Shown one piece after another: positions 14,775 to 28,910 of a DNA stretch of 64,000 nt. The stretch is from assembly GCA_964016885.1 (NCBI GenBank), contig OZ024745.1, positions 124,744,001-124,808,000 of the forward strand, written 5' to 3'. Below the pieces are notes generated by a model. The model ran no database searches. It was not told the DNA's origin and saw nothing but the letters and a program-made list of their open reading frames with translations. Each line of letters begins with the position of its first letter. Positions within the stretch are counted from its first letter, which is position 1. Source of the DNA: Eledone cirrhosa (taxonomy: Eukaryota). Both the position numbers and the translations under genes were made by a program.

Positions 14775-16050
14775 GACGACTGAACAAGTATCAACCACCT
14801 CCAACTGGGTCCAGTTCGACAAAATTGAGAATGCATTTCTCCAGAGGATGTTGAGAGAGATCCGCTGGAACAGCCACTCCACCTGAGACCAGTCAACTCC
14901 GCTCCGATAGCAGTGAGAAGGGAAGTGGTCCGGGGGTTAAGAATGCCGGGACTCTCTACTGATACAGGCTCTACCACAAACCTATCAGTTAGCAGTCGAT
15001 ACTTCGACAGTTTACCTTGTGGGCAGCAGAGCCTGGTATGGTAGTCGCACACACCACCTTTACCTTAGAAAAGGTGTCACAGCATGTAGCATCCCAGATG
15101 AGGTGTCTGCACCTGCGGATCGGTAAGATTGTCATGCAGTCGGGCCTTTTGCCATCTCCGCTGTCCAGCGCCGCTGGTCCGAACCTGGAAGGGAAGCATG
15201 CGACGTACAGGCCATGCTTTATGATCTCGTTGAGAGCAGCATGGCGTGGGAAGCAGCCAGTACCGTATGAGCATGAGAGTGGGTGGAAGCCGAAAGGATG
15301 TACAGTGGTACCGCAGTGGCATTTGTGAGTATTACGGACATTGAGGCTGAACCTCAGGGAAACAGTGAGCTGAGTGCCAGTTGTAAGTAATGGAACAGCG
15401 TGAAGTTGGGAGGTCGAGTAGAAACATGCTAGACGGTCCTGATTGAGCCAGACGAATTGATCTCGAAGCTTATCCTTACCAGAGCGGGAACAACTGTTTG
15501 GAGATCCTGACAGAAACTCTATGCGGGTCCGCCTATCGAGGCATCATCCTGATACCAGACGTTAATAGGAGCTGTGGTTCTCCGTGCAATACTGTCCATC
15601 CAGAGAGCGAAGAGGATGGTTCCCAATGGATCACCTTGTTGGACGCCGGTTGAGTATGTTATGAGGAACATGCTCGCATATTCTTATGACAGGTAGGCCA
15701 GAGGATAGGTGGAATAGGGCACGGCTAGGCAAGCCCCGAGCAAATGGTCGTGACACAAACAGTTGAAGGCATTTCTCGAGATAATTTCGCGATGTAATGC
15801 CTGGATTTACTCGACACTGGCTCATCTATCGGTGTGGGCGGGTCCCTCGGACACGCTAAACACGCTGACACCCAGCTGCACGGGGCTGAGTTCCTCGCCT
15901 AGTTCAGGTGCAACAGACTGGCAGATGATATTGGTTGTAAGCCTCCAAAATATATTTCCTACTCCTATGCATCTTGTTCCACCTTTTTTCTTCTTGAGAG
16001 CGATAAGGCGGGCCAAAAGCAATAGACCCCGACTATAACGGTCCAGGGCG
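14775..16050 (-). mobile_element. CRE-clade non-LTR retrotransposon, internally deleted and decayed
   Basis: RT motif ARLIALKKKKGGTRCIGVGNIFWRL..LSPVQLGV. Zinc knuckle/REL motifs HPLSC..G..PRHAALNEII..DGKRPD..LIWDATCCDT and KY..L...VEPVSVES.G. Confidence 0.85.
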
Positions 16051-16539
16051 CATTCTTATTGTATATACTTCACTTATTTTACGATTCACGTTCACGCTAA
16101 AATGAATTTTTAGAATCCATATAAAAATATAAAAAAGCTGAAATTGAAAGTGTTTGGGGATATCTAGATTATATAACCAAAACAAAATTACCTGCTCAAA
16201 ATAGGTCATTCATATATTCAGAGCACGAAATTAAATTTCAAATATTTATCACTTAAACGCAGAAAGCTCAATAAAATTTACTGACATAGGATTCACGGTA
16301 TCGTCATGAAACTTATTCTAGTGATGTGAACTGTGATGACAGTGATACACATAATAATTGTTTCTACTTTAGGCACAAGGCCAGCAATTATCCAGTGCAT
16401 AATAATGAAAATGATGGTGATAATAAATATAATAATGTTGGTGACGTTGATAATAGTGATGCCCACGATGCCGACGATAATGAGATTAAAATAGATTTCG
16501 ATATTTATAATAACCATAGAACATCAAAATGTTGAGGAG

Positions 16540-17450
16540 GGAACGTTATATATGCCCCTCTCTCAGAGGACTGAACTGCTACAAAGTTTATGTACATATG
16601 TATGTCTCCATTCACAACTAAATTGCAAACAGTTCTGCAAATAGAAACGAAAGGTGAAACTATAAAACTGAGTCCATCACAATCAACAGGGAGATATTTC
16701 AAGGGGACTCATTATAACCACTACTCTTGCGCTTAGCACTAATATCATTAAATAAGACGCTAGACCGACCTGGACTAGAATATAATAATACAACAAGAAA
16801 ATTAACCATCTGCTATATAAGGATGATCTAAAATTGTATGCTGCGCACGAAAGAACTTAAAATACTACTACATACAGTACATAGATTCCCAAAGAAATAG
16901 ACACGTAAGTGGGACTAGATAAATGCGCCAAGGCAAATCTGAAGAGAGTAAAACCAATGAAAAACACTAATACGATGCTAGATAGAGAAACAGAGATTTA
17001 AATCAAACACCGCTATATAAATACTTAAGAATCAACGAAATAGATAGGGTTCAACACACACAGATAAAAGAAAAGTTTAGAAATGAACACTACAGACGGA
17101 TACTACGTAAATCTGAACTAAATGCAAAGAATAAGGTAATTATCATCAATAGTCTAGCGATATCCGTAGTAAGCTTGTGAAAGATCTAGCTGGAATTGAG
17201 AGAAAAAACAAGAAACATAATGATTGTATTTAGAATACACCATCCAAAATTAGATGTAGAAAGATCATACCTACCACGAACACACGGAGTGAGGGGTGTT
17301 ATGCAACTAGCAGACGGTTATAAAATAACAACTTTAGGACAACAAAAATATCTAATAAAAAACAAATGAATGTTAATAGAAATGGCTACAAAATATGGGA
17401 AAAGCAAAAATGTGTAGTCAGTCGTTAAGGAGGCCAATAAATTAAAAACA
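16540..17450 (+). mobile_element. R4/Dong-like reverse transcriptase fragment, many stops
   Basis: IFQGDSL*PLLL, KINHLLYKDDLKLYA, GLDKCAK, YKYL.I. Confidence 0.8.
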
Positions 17451-17459
17451 ATGAATAGT

Positions 17460-17757
17460 GAAAACAAAATATATAGTATTACTGTTTAAAATATATAGTA
17501 CAGTACTACTGTTGAAAATATATAGTATAGTGCAGTATTACTGTTGAAAATATATAGAATAATACAGTATTACTGTTGAAAATATATAGTATAGTATTAC
17601 TGTTGAAAATATATAATATAGTATAGTAACACTTGAAAATATATAGTATAGTATTACTGTTGAAAATATATAGTACAGTACTACTGTTGGAAATATATAG
17701 TACAGTACAATATTACTGTTGAAAATATATAGTACAGTATTACTGTTGAAAATATGT
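17460..17757. repeat. AT-rich minisatellite, about 25-35 bp unit
   Basis: About 10 copies of TATTACTGTTGAAAATATATAG(TATAG/TACAG)n. Confidence 0.9.
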
Positions 17758-18115
17758 ACACGAATATATAATTATATATAAATATATATATAATTAATTA
17801 AAAGTTGGTTATAAGTCAATGCAAACAGACAACCAGACATACAGACAGATATTATAAGGGCGCGGCGTTGTAGCTATGTATCTATCTAAAAAGACAGAGT
17901 AAGAAAGAGAGGGGAATGTCGTATTATATATATTATATATAATAAAGTACCAGTAATGTACTGGAATAATTGCTGGCCTTGTGCCAAAAGTAGAAGCAAT
18001 TGTACTTATTTTTTATACAACTGTAAATAACATGTTTATGTATGTATATACATACGTATAAAGGAATGCTGTAATAAAATGTACAAATTAAACTGTCTCT
18101 TATTTATGATACTAA

Positions 18116-18157
<42 letters not shown>

Positions 18158-18399
18158 TAACTGTATATATATATATACACTATATATATATACATAAATA
18201 AATACACACACAGATAATGAAATCAATGTACAGAATGGTTTTCGTAATGCAGACAGCCAGACATACTGACAGATATTATAAGGGTGTGACGTGATAGCTA
18301 TGTATCTATCTAAAAAGACAGTCTAAGAAAGAAAGAGATCGCTAACTGGAAGTGTGACATTTGAAAATTTTAAAGAAGTGAATATTTAAATAAACAATA

Positions 18400-18560
18400 A
18401 CATATCTTTAATCGTTTAACCAAATTTAGTAGACAAAAATACGCTCACTTTCTCACATGGAAAAAGTTACATCTATGGTGCAAATTTGGTGTTGTTTGGT
18501 CCTGCCGTTTGCCGAAAAGTTTATTACATACATACGGCCGTCAGCTTTATATTATAGATA
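18400..18560 (+). mobile_element. Possible Helitron/DINE-like non-autonomous end
   Basis: TGCAAATTTGGT..GTCCTGCCGTTT..ACATACATAC..GCTTTATATTATAGAT resembles such elements; pattern resemblance only. Confidence 0.3.
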
Positions 18561-19265
18561 TATATTTATAGTTATATATACATATGCATGCATGCGTACA
18601 TACATATATATTCATTCTTATTCAAAAGACATTAAATTATTTTAGACACACAGATTTATCTCTGTAGAGATTTGTGTGTGTTTTCCGGTTTCAGCTTGAG
18701 CGTGTGCTAATGTGTGGTTGCAAGTTGCTGTAAGTGTGTATGCATACTATCAATACGCGTATGTGTATCTAGTTTCTTGGTTTCACTATGATAGTTTAAA
18801 TGATTAATCAATATATGTTGCACATTGTTTTTAAGAAGAGCGGAATTGGTAATGTAGTTGTTGCAGGTGTATATTAAACATTGTCGTTAAATATCTGTCG
18901 TCTCTTAAAGAGGACGATGTTGGTTAAGTGGGCGGGAAGGTAAGATGTTTGCAACCAAATATTTAATAAGTCAGCTGCACAAGTTAGTAGCTAGTTGTTA
19001 CAGATATGTGGATTGTGGTGTGAGGAGGACCCTCCATGTCGGAATATTAAGGCGGTGAGGATAACGATAATGCGAGTGCTGGTGGGTGTCGACATGAAGG
19101 TCGTAATAAGAGGAATAGTGGCAGGAATGCAAAGAATGGATACGTTTTGCATCGCACCGCCTTTCTCATCAGAAATACATAAAACACAAGACACACTGGA
19201 GCAAAAATAGAGTACAGACACATACTTATATAAAGAAACACATACGCGCATTCATACATACATAA

Positions 19266-19297
<32 letters not shown>

Positions 19298-19327
19298 GTG
19301 TGTGTACATATAAATAAATATATATAC

Positions 19328-19366
<39 letters not shown>

Positions 19367-19399
19367 TTTATATTTATATAAGTTTGATATAACTATAAA

Positions 19400-19601
19400 T
19401 ATGTAGGGTCGTACTAAGTACTAGCCGGTTACCGGTATGACAAAAAGCTCAATGCAAAATTTTCAAGTGTTTTACAGAGCCGAGATACAAAGTGTTAAAA
19501 CGATCAAATTTTAGCTGACCATTGTTTCTTCCAGGGGGAAGAAACAATGGTCAGCTAATAAATGTTCTAAACTAAAATTTGATCGTTTTAACACTTTGTA
19601 T
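19400..19601. mobile_element. Fold-back palindrome containing the 3' half of a hammerhead (PLE-type insertion)
   Basis: Inverted arms span 19485-19601, centred on TTCC-AGGG-GGAA. The right arm reads GAAA-CAATGG-TC-AGCT-AATAAA, and the left arm has an extra tail. Confidence 0.65.
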
Positions 19602-19653
19602 ATATACATACATATACATACATATACATGCATTCATATATGTATATATATAT

Positions 19654-22600
19654 GTCAGGTCGTTCTCGAGTGCTACTGGTAACATGTAACACAGTACAAC
19701 CTGTCTCATGGTCGGGTCGTCGGCGACTAAACCAGCAAACCCACCAAGCTTACTAGGTGAGGAGGGTGATATTTGGACACCCTGCAGGATGAAATACAAG
19801 ACCCTGCAAAGGGCGGAGGAACTCAGCAGAGCCAATGCCTATCCAAATAGTACTTTTTTTTCTACTTGGGAGTGAAAGGCGCCATGTTGTTGTAACAACA
19901 CATTTCTAGGAGAGGGAAACTCTGAAAAACAACCTGCGGCTTTGGAAGCATCCGATGATGTTGACCAGTTCTCCTTTTCGGGTAGTGTTTTCGATGCTCA
20001 GAGCGTGGGATTGGTCGGTGCAAGGCCTTTCCCCACTTAAAAAACCTTCAAAGCACAGGCATCACTTGTTCAGGATCTGTTACAGGTTCGTGTGGCTGGC
20101 CGTAGCCTAAAAAGTGAACCAAACTCTATGATGACAGATGATAACCTTGAAGCCAATGGCAGTAAGGGCTCTGGAACTTATTGTGAAGGGGTCTGGCCCG
20201 GCAGGTGTCCATGGCACCGAAGCCTGGGCCCGGTCGTCATCCTACAACTGCAAGGAGGTTCAACCTCTGAATATTGGATGTTGGAATGTAAGAAATTTAC
20301 TGGATTCCCAGTCCAGTAAAACTCGCCCTGAAAGAAGATCTGCTTTGGTGTCGAGGGAACTCGATCGCTCTAGCATGGACATCGTTGTTCTTTCAGAAAC
20401 AAGATTGGCAGGTGAGGGTATATTCACAGAACAGAAGGGAGGATATACCTTCTATTGGAGTGGTAGAGCAGAGGGTTGTAGGAGAGAGGCAGAGGTCGCA
20501 TTTGCAGTCATGAATGGAATCGTCTCAAAGCTGGAAAATCTTCCTTGTGGATTCAATGATCAGATAATGTCCATGAGAGTCCCTCTGATTCAAAACCGCT
20601 TTGTGACTCTGGTCAGTGTGTACGCTCCTACCATGTGTGCTAGTGATGATGAAAAACTAAGTTTCTACGTGTTTTTGAGAGAGGCATCCATATATACCTT
20701 ATGCAGACAAGATTGTCATCCTTGGTGATTTTAATGCACATGTTGGTAATGACTGGGAAGCTTGGAGTGTGATGGGCAAGCATGGAGTAGGTAAGTGCAA
20801 TAAACAATGTCCTACCTCTGTTGCAGATGTGCACTGTGATGGATCTTGTTGTTGGGAACATGCTCTTTCAGCAGAAAGACAAATATAAGACAACTTGGAT
20901 GCATCCAGGTTCCAAGGAGTGGAAAACGTGATATCAGGGATATCACATTGGTTAGTGTATTGCGAGGCGCGGAATGTTGGACTGCTCATCGTTTGGTGCG
21001 CGCCAAGTTTCAATTTGTTGTGAAGCCAAAGTAAGGGGGGGGGGGAGGCTGTACTTCCAAAACAACTAAAGGTGGCTCGAATTGAAAACAGAGAAAGTCA
21101 GAGCTGAGTTGTCGAGGTCCCTTGAGTCCATGGAATGTGAAAACACCTGGGAATCATTGAAGAAAACTGTCTATGATGTTAGTGCTGGAGTTTTGGGTCA
21201 TACCAATAGAAAGCAAAAAAGTCTGGTGCGATGAAAATGATTCAGTGATCCAGACCTTGCTTGAAGAGAAACAAAAAGTGCTGACATCATTGTGGTGTGA
21301 GACGCATTCTGACGGGAGTGACCGGACCTTCAGGCAGATCAAGGCATGTGTGCAACATCAATTGATACCCATGTTGGATACCTAGTGGAGCCAAAAGGCT
21401 AATGAAATTCAGAAGGCCTCAGATAGATATGATATACAGCTCCTATACAGTCTGCTCAGGGAGGTGTATGATCCGACTGGTTCACAAATATCATCACTTC
21501 GCTCCGGGGACGGCATGGAATTGCTCAGAGATCCAAAGGAAATCCTAATCAGGTGGCATGACCACTTTGATGAGCTTCTCAACAGACCATCAAAGCTGGC
21601 AATGGCTGATCCTCCTTCATTTGATGAGGTGGTGAAGGCCATTGCCAAATTAAACAGCGGCAAGTCACCTGGAATGGATAGACTGAGTGCCGAGATTTTC
21701 AAGTGTGCTGGTGATAACTTCTTAAACCGCCTCACTGATCTCTTTGTGAATGTTTGGAGTGAAGAAGATGTGCCACAGGATTGGAAAGATACATTGATGG
21801 TGGTACTTTACAAAGAAAAGGGAGCCAAAGATGACTGCGGCAACTACAGAGGTATTTGACTGCTATCTGTGGCTGGGAAGTTCTTGTGCAGGATATTGTT
21901 GGACAGATTGATACAGCACATTGCTGTTGATGTACTTCCTGAGTCCCAATATGGCTTTAGGAATGGCAGACGCACTGTTGATATGATCTCCTCAGCCAAA
22001 CAACTTCAAGAGAAATGCATTGATCAGCGCATGGACTTATACGAAGTTTTTCTCGATTTGAGCAAGGCATTTGACAGCGTTCATCGGAAGGCTTTGTGGG
22101 TTATTTTGGAGAGATTCGATTCGATTGTCCTGAAAAGTTTGTGAACGTTCTGAAACTCTTCCACGATGACATGCAGGCATGGGTGGATGTTGGAGGTAAA
22201 CTGTGTGAGCCAATCTCGGTTGAAAATGGTGTCAAGCAGGGTGAAATACCTGCACCAACTTTGTTTGCCTTGTATTTCGCGATGGTGTTCTTCAGGGCTT
22301 TCAGGGATTGTCAACACCGTATCTATCTCAGATATTGCACTTCCGGCAAGCTGTTTAACCTTAGGCGTCTCACTGCCACCACTAAGTTACTGAGTACCTT
22401 GATCAGAGAATTTTTATATGCAGATAATTGTGATCTCTTTGCACACTCCCAGAGTGACATGCAACACCTTATGGATTCTTTTTCCAATGCGTGCAGTGCT
22501 TTGGGACTGATAATCAGTCTGAAGAAGACTGTCGTCATGTACCAATCTGCTCCGGATAAAGTTTTCAATGAACCCTCCATACACGTATACGGTCAAAAGC

Positions 22601-23570
22601 TGAAGGCTGCTGACACATTTGTGTATTTGGGGAGTACTCAGTGTGACCTGCTCTCTGGAGGCAGAAGTTGGTCTACGTGTTAGTAAGGCAAGTGAGTCAT
22701 TTGGAAGGCTCAACGACCGTCTTTCGTGCAGGCGAGGAATCACAATGAGGACCAAGGTGAGAGTGTATGCTGCATGTGTACTGTCAGCTTTGCTGAATGC
22801 ATGTGAGACATGAGTTGCTTACAAACGGCATATCCACAGACTGGAACGGTTTCACCAGCAGCGTCTCAGAAAGATGCTCGGTATCAAGTGGCAGATGCAT
22901 GTGAGTGATGTTGAGGTCCTTGAGAGAAGTGAGTGTCGGAGAAGTAAGAGTATCATCCACCAACGGCGTTTGTGATGAACCGGACACCTCTGCATAATGG
23001 AGGATGATTGAATCCCAAAACAACTCTTGTATGGCGAGCTTTGTGAGAGTAAGAAACAACCTCACAAACCAAAGCTCTGATTCTAGGATTGTGTAAATGA
23101 CTCATTGAAAAAAACTGGTTTGATGATGGCTGACTGGGAGATAGAATCTCTTGAAAGAGAAACTTGGCGTGGAATGGTGAATGATAGGGTCCATAATTTT
23201 GAGGACAGACGCATAGAGCCCGAGAAGATCAAATGGAATCTGCGTAGGCAATGCCTTGGTGAATCTCTCGAAACGATCGGTGTCTCCATTGAATTGAAGT
23301 ACCCTGAGTGTGGAAGATTTGCTTGATCAAATCTGGTCTCAGGAGCCACAGTCCCAGCCATGTGCAAAGAGAACCAGTGAACTATGATCTCCATGGTGTT
23401 GTGAAGGTTCACGGGAAACCTTATGCAGAACCTCAAGCCAGATTCTTAGTTGTCGTCAGTATGTGAAGGATTGCAAGTCTCTAGCAGGCTTGAAAAGCCA
23501 TATCCGTGCGTCCCATATCTGAATCTGACAAGTGATTGCAAAACTCTTGGCAGAGTTTGCAGCCATTATA
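19654..23570 (+). mobile_element. Near full-length RTE/BovB-like LINE (5' UTR, AP endonuclease, RT), pseudogenised
   Basis: WNVRNLLD..RPERRSALVSREL..DIVVLSETRL, LGDFNAHVG, NYRGI, LPESQYGFR, FLDLSKAFDSV, GVKQG, LYADNC, FVYLGS. Multiple stops and frameshifts. Ends GCAGCCATTATATAT. Confidence 0.95.
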
Positions 23571-23629
23571 TATATGTATATACACACACACACACACACA
23601 AATGTATATATATATATATATATATATAT

Positions 23630-24376
23630 AGTAAGGTGTATTATTGGTCCAATAAATTTTTGTTAGCAATATTAAGTTCTCCACGCTTTTGTATATCTCC
23701 AATTCCATTTATGGGAACAGCTTGATGATGTAAAACGGAGTATTTGTATCAAAATAAAGGTCCGAAGGCATGGTATAAATGTCCAATCATTTTAATCAGG
23801 ACACATGTTTCAATAAGGGATAGATCGATCGTGTAGCCGTGATCGATTATCACTGATCTCGTCAGGTGAAAAAGAATTGTCTTCAAATCCTTGATATGAG
23901 GGAGAAAATTAACGATGTACACTCACAGTGTTTAGTCCCTCATATGATGATCAAGCAGTTAAAACACGGAGACTGCTATCGTCCTCAGTTAGAGCCATAA
24001 ACCTATCAAGTCTCTATCTTCCAATAGCTTTAAAAGACGCTGGACATCAATGTGTAGAATTACAGTCGGTCACAGTTAATGTGAGTGGGTACAAACACAC
24101 TCACACACACCGACGCGAGGTCAAAGAAAAATTATAATTAAACCAACATAGTATTCACCGAAAGTTAATTTACAAAACAACACATGTTATATTGGTCAAA
24201 TCTCAATTTGACGGTGTAAATTGGAAAACATTGGGTCAACCGCAACCCCATACACGCGCAAGTAAGTTCAGTTCAATGTTCTGCTATACGTGTATAGATT
24301 GAATTGTAACATCCGTATCTCCAAATAGTATATCTTATGATATATACACATTTATACCATGCCTTCGGATCTTTAT
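23630..24376 (-). mobile_element. PLE-type remnant with hammerhead (23796-23869) and a short inverted terminal segment
   Basis: TCAC-CTGACGA-long helix II (ATCGATC..GATCGAT)-GAAA-CATGTG-TC-CTGA. The segment ATAAAGGTCCGAAGGCATGGTATAAATGT (about 23754-23782) recurs inverted at about 24348-24376. Confidence 0.65.
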
Positions 24377-24478
24377 GTATATATATATACATATAGATAT
24401 AAATATATATATGTATATAATGAAAATGAAGGGAAAATTCAATTGGAGTCTTTTTAAGAATATTTATTTACCTCCTGC

Positions 24479-24531
<53 letters not shown>

Positions 24532-24559
24532 TAAAATAAGTCTTCAATTTTATTATTAT

Positions 24560-24597
<38 letters not shown>

Positions 24598-25261
24598 GTG
24601 TGAGTGTGTGTATGTTGGAATGAATGATATATCCTTGTTAAGGGGAGGGTAGTCATAATCAGTTGAGTAGAGAAAGTAGAGAAAGTAGAGAGGAGTGAGT
24701 GATGATGTGGGTGGTGTACAAATGGATATAGTAGGGTGAATGAAGGTTAGAAATATATAGAGGGGCGCGATGTGTAAGACGATTTATATTTCTACAAATT
24801 TTTTTAGAATCACAGATTTACATTCAAACAGACATATTCCCAACCATAAACGCACACACAAACACACAAGCACATATATACAAGTGTTTACTGATGATGG
24901 ATAACTGCCCTAAAGGAAAGTATATAGGAGTGGTAGAGAATAAATAGGAGTGACATATATATATATATATATAAATTCTTATCTACGTAACAGGTATAAG
25001 TAAAATAAATAATATATGAAATGACACAGCAGACAGCAGGTGGTAGCAATAGAAATAATGAATATATGTGAAGGAAGTCGGGGGGAATGTTGGTGATATT
25101 CATGTACTATAGAGATGTTAGAAAATGTAGCAATTATGGTAAAATACAGATTGATGGATAAATATATAGATACGTAAAAATATATCTAAATTATTAAAAA
25201 AAATATATAGAGAGCTTCAAAGTAGAATAGAGATAAATGAAATGCAACAAATATACTAAGA

Positions 25262-25262
25262 T

Positions 25263-25308
<46 letters not shown>

Positions 25309-25646
25309 GGGGTCTCGGCCGAAATCAACTCGCCAATTTATCTCCACGTGGGTATGTCGTTCTTTGCCGCTGCCAAATCCTGGATTTCAATACCAGAATC
25401 TCTGGAGATGACATGGGAATAGGAGAGCTTGTGACCCCTGTTATTAGTGACTGCTTGTGGTTTCCAAAGCACTAATGGGGACACAGCCTCATAGGTGGCA
25501 CGATGGCAGTGGCCAGCAAATCTTACTCTCCTTTTACGTACAATGACAGATATGCGTGGGAGGCCGGCATATATTACTCTCAAAGTCAGATGTCGCCAGC
25601 TTATCTTCTGAATGAGTTGAAGCAGGCGAGTTTAAGTGCCATCAAG

Positions 25647-25709
<63 letters not shown>

Positions 25710-25943
25710 GTAGTAGTAGCAGTGTAAGTGCCATCAAAGTGCTTTTATTGTTTGGATGAAAGCGTCCATGTTCCACCTCCATATAGCAAGATTAGTTGCA
25801 TTGTTACTTGGAAGAGTCTGATTTTGGTGTGGTTGGAAGATTTGAGCGCCAAACCCGATCCATCTTTTTGGAAGCTGACCATACTTGGCCCATTACCAAA
25901 TACTTGTAATCTTCGGCACTCTTGATATCACTGCCGTTGAAAT

Positions 25944-25945
<2 letters not shown>
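25262..25945 (-). mobile_element. RTE-like LINE 3' fragment with (GAT)n tail, interrupted by (TAC)n
   Basis: IYAGLPRISVIVRKRRVRFAGHCHRA..EAVSPLVLWKP, with DYKYL upstream. Confidence 0.75.
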
Positions 25946-25989
<44 letters not shown>

Positions 25990-26006
25990 ACACATACACA
26001 CACACA

Positions 26007-26072
<66 letters not shown>

Positions 26073-27430
26073 CTCACATACACACACATACACACAAACA
26101 CACACTCTCTCTCTCGCTCACACACACACACTTGCACACACACACACACTTGCACACACACACACACACTTGCACACACACACACTCGCACACACACTCG
26201 CACACACTCACACACACACTCGCACACACTCACACACACACACTCGCACACACACACATACACACACACACACTCACTCGCACACACTCACACACACACA
26301 CACACACACGTAACATACTTGTTCAATTCTGTAATGGAACTATGACCACAATTACTGTTATCACATGACCCTCTGCACCTGAACGTAGAGGGGGACAAAT
26401 CGCTACCCCTACACACACACACAGACGCACATAAACACACGCACACACATACACACACATACACACACTTGCACTCGCATACAATTCTTATTCATTTTGC
26501 TGACTTAAGGTTTATTATTATTATTATTTTATTTTTTCAATTGTTGTCACGTATTCCATCACATCCCGACGCAGCAGGAAACAAAACAAGAAAATATTTC
26601 TATAGAGAATTACACACACGCGCGCGCGCACGCACACACACACACGCACACACACGTACACCCACACCCACACCCACACCCATACACACACACACACACA
26701 CACACACGCACAAACACACACACACACCCATACACACACACGCACACCCATACACACACGCGCGTACACACACACACACGCGCACACACACACACACACA
26801 CACGCACACACACACACACGCGCACTATTAACCTTCCTATACATTTAATAACATTTCCGCAAACAATTCTATAGAGAGACTTGAGACTTTACACAAAAAT
26901 AGACATCAAGTCCTTTAGAAATTGTCATTAGACACGTTCACTGTACCATGGCACTCCCAAAGTCTGGTGCAAAACTCTACACACTTCTATACCAGCTGAC
27001 CTCCACAACAACTCCAACATATAAAAACCTGAAACACATTTTTGCATAAAATGGACAAAAAAAAGCAAAAAAACAATTTCAAAAGATGTGTGTCCAAGCA
27101 TGACATAGTCACACATCTTTTCATCTTACTAATGTTTTGCAAATCATTAAAACATGAAATCGATAAAGTTATTATCAATAAATCTTTTGAAAAAATATAG
27201 TTACGTTTTCAAGTAATTTTCCCTATAATTTTACCCGTGCGGGATATAAATAATCCTTACTTATATATATATATATATATATATAACTTTATTTGTTATT
27301 GCTCGCGCCAACTAGAGGTATATGATTTTTAAAGCGATGAAATACCAATGAAAGTTGGAAGATCACTGATGAAGGACTAATTTTATTCATATGTAACCCA
27401 TGTGCAACCACGCAGCGCTTCATTTTTCTC

Positions 27431-27472
<42 letters not shown>

Positions 27473-27479
<7 letters not shown>

Positions 27480-27805
27480 AAGAAATTAAAAGATGGTTAG
27501 AAAAGATCCATGTATTTTATTATGCGCTTTTCAAAAACAAATATCATCCAGGGACGATATTTGCGTACTCATCAGATAAAATAGGGAGACATAATATATC
27601 ATGTCTCCCTATTTTATCTAATGAGAACGCAAATATTGTCCCTGGATGATATTTGTTTTTGAAATGCGCATAATAAAATACATGGATCTTTTCTAACCAT
27701 CTTTTAATTTCTTCTTATATATACTCCAGTCGAATAAACTGTTGAGTGCTACTTATCCGATATTTGTATTGCTTTATTGTGCTACAATAACACTCACCTC
27801 CTACA
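27473..27805. mobile_element. Inverted-repeat PLE-type insertion with two back-to-back hammerheads (27515-27581 minus, 27612-27678 plus)
   Basis: About 120-bp arms around 27593-27600: TTTTAT-CT(G/A)ATGA-G.ACGCAAATAT.GTCC CT GGATGATATTTG..-GAAA-TGCGCA-TA-ATAAAA. One arm has an extra tail of about 80 bp, and both ends lie in (TA)n. Confidence 0.8.
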
Positions 27806-28129
27806 TATATATATAACGAAGGAGTTGTGGTAAGGAATCAGATGGAGGAAAGAAGGAGCAGGGGTTGGCAGTGCTTTTGCACATGTGTGGGTACTAAGTG
27901 AGATGTTGGTGGAGATGTGTCTGTGTGAATGCATGTAAGTACGTGTCTGCACGCGAGCACGGGCATATATATGTGTGTTTGTATGTGTGTGTGTGTGTGT
28001 GTGAGGCGTGTGTGTCTGTGTATGTTTGTGTTTGTATGTGTGTGTTTGTGTTTGAATGTGTGTATGTTTGTGTGTGTGCGTGTGTGTGTGTTTGTGTGTG
28101 TGCGTGTGTGTGTGTGTATGTGTGATTAT

Positions 28130-28172
28130 TTAATATAGAACTGTTTCATTCGTATGATATCGTCAGGAATAT
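28130..28172 (-). ncRNA. Hammerhead remnant with cleavage site deleted (family of 33390 and 50292)
   Basis: TTC-CTGACGA-TATCATACGAAT-GAAA-CAGTTCTA. Confidence 0.5.
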
Positions 28173-28238
28173 ATTAAGTACCTTTTTTCAACTGTCGTTA
28201 CTCCCCAATTTTGCTCAGTATCTACATATATATATATG

Positions 28239-28363
<125 letters not shown>

Positions 28364-28910
28364 AGGGAGTGTAACTTGAAGTAACCGTAGGTTCACCCGG
28401 GTGTGTACTCGATGTTTAGGTTCACTTCAGTGTTGACGTGTAGAGCTAGACAGAGTGTGTTATAGTGAAAAGACGAGCCGCAGATTACAGAGTCGGGTAA
28501 GATCAAAAAGGTGACGTGGTTGCCTTAACACCGTATGGCATAAATTCAGGCTGTTCAGTTTGTTTACAAACGAACAAAGCGACGTTAGCGCCGATAAACT
28601 GATACGTGCATATATGTATGTGTACCTGTATGCATATGTATGTATATATGTATATATATATATATATGTGCATGCTACTGTACGTCTGTATACATATATG
28701 TATGTACGTATACATGCATACTTACATTTAAGTAAGTGCCATACTAAGAGTGAGAAATGAAATTTCGTTTTCATTTTGTTTCAATTTATCGTTTTCGGTA
28801 TGCCTGACCGATTTAACTCACTCAATATGCAAATTAGGCTGCTCAGCCGTTAATTTTCATAAGGAAAGTATATACTTTCGAACGTTCAACTATCTGGCAG
28901 ATGGGTAAAC

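Noticed and set aside
17460-17757. CRISPR-like appearance of a 25-35 bp repeat
   Set aside because: No unique spacers, no cas genes and a eukaryotic context; a simple minisatellite.
19654-19800. Canonical HDV-like or twister ribozyme call
   Set aside because: Partial resemblance only (ACC-TGTCTCAT-GGT, CTAA, GAGGAGGG). I could not build P1/P1.1 or the twister pseudoknots, so it is kept only as a candidate structure.
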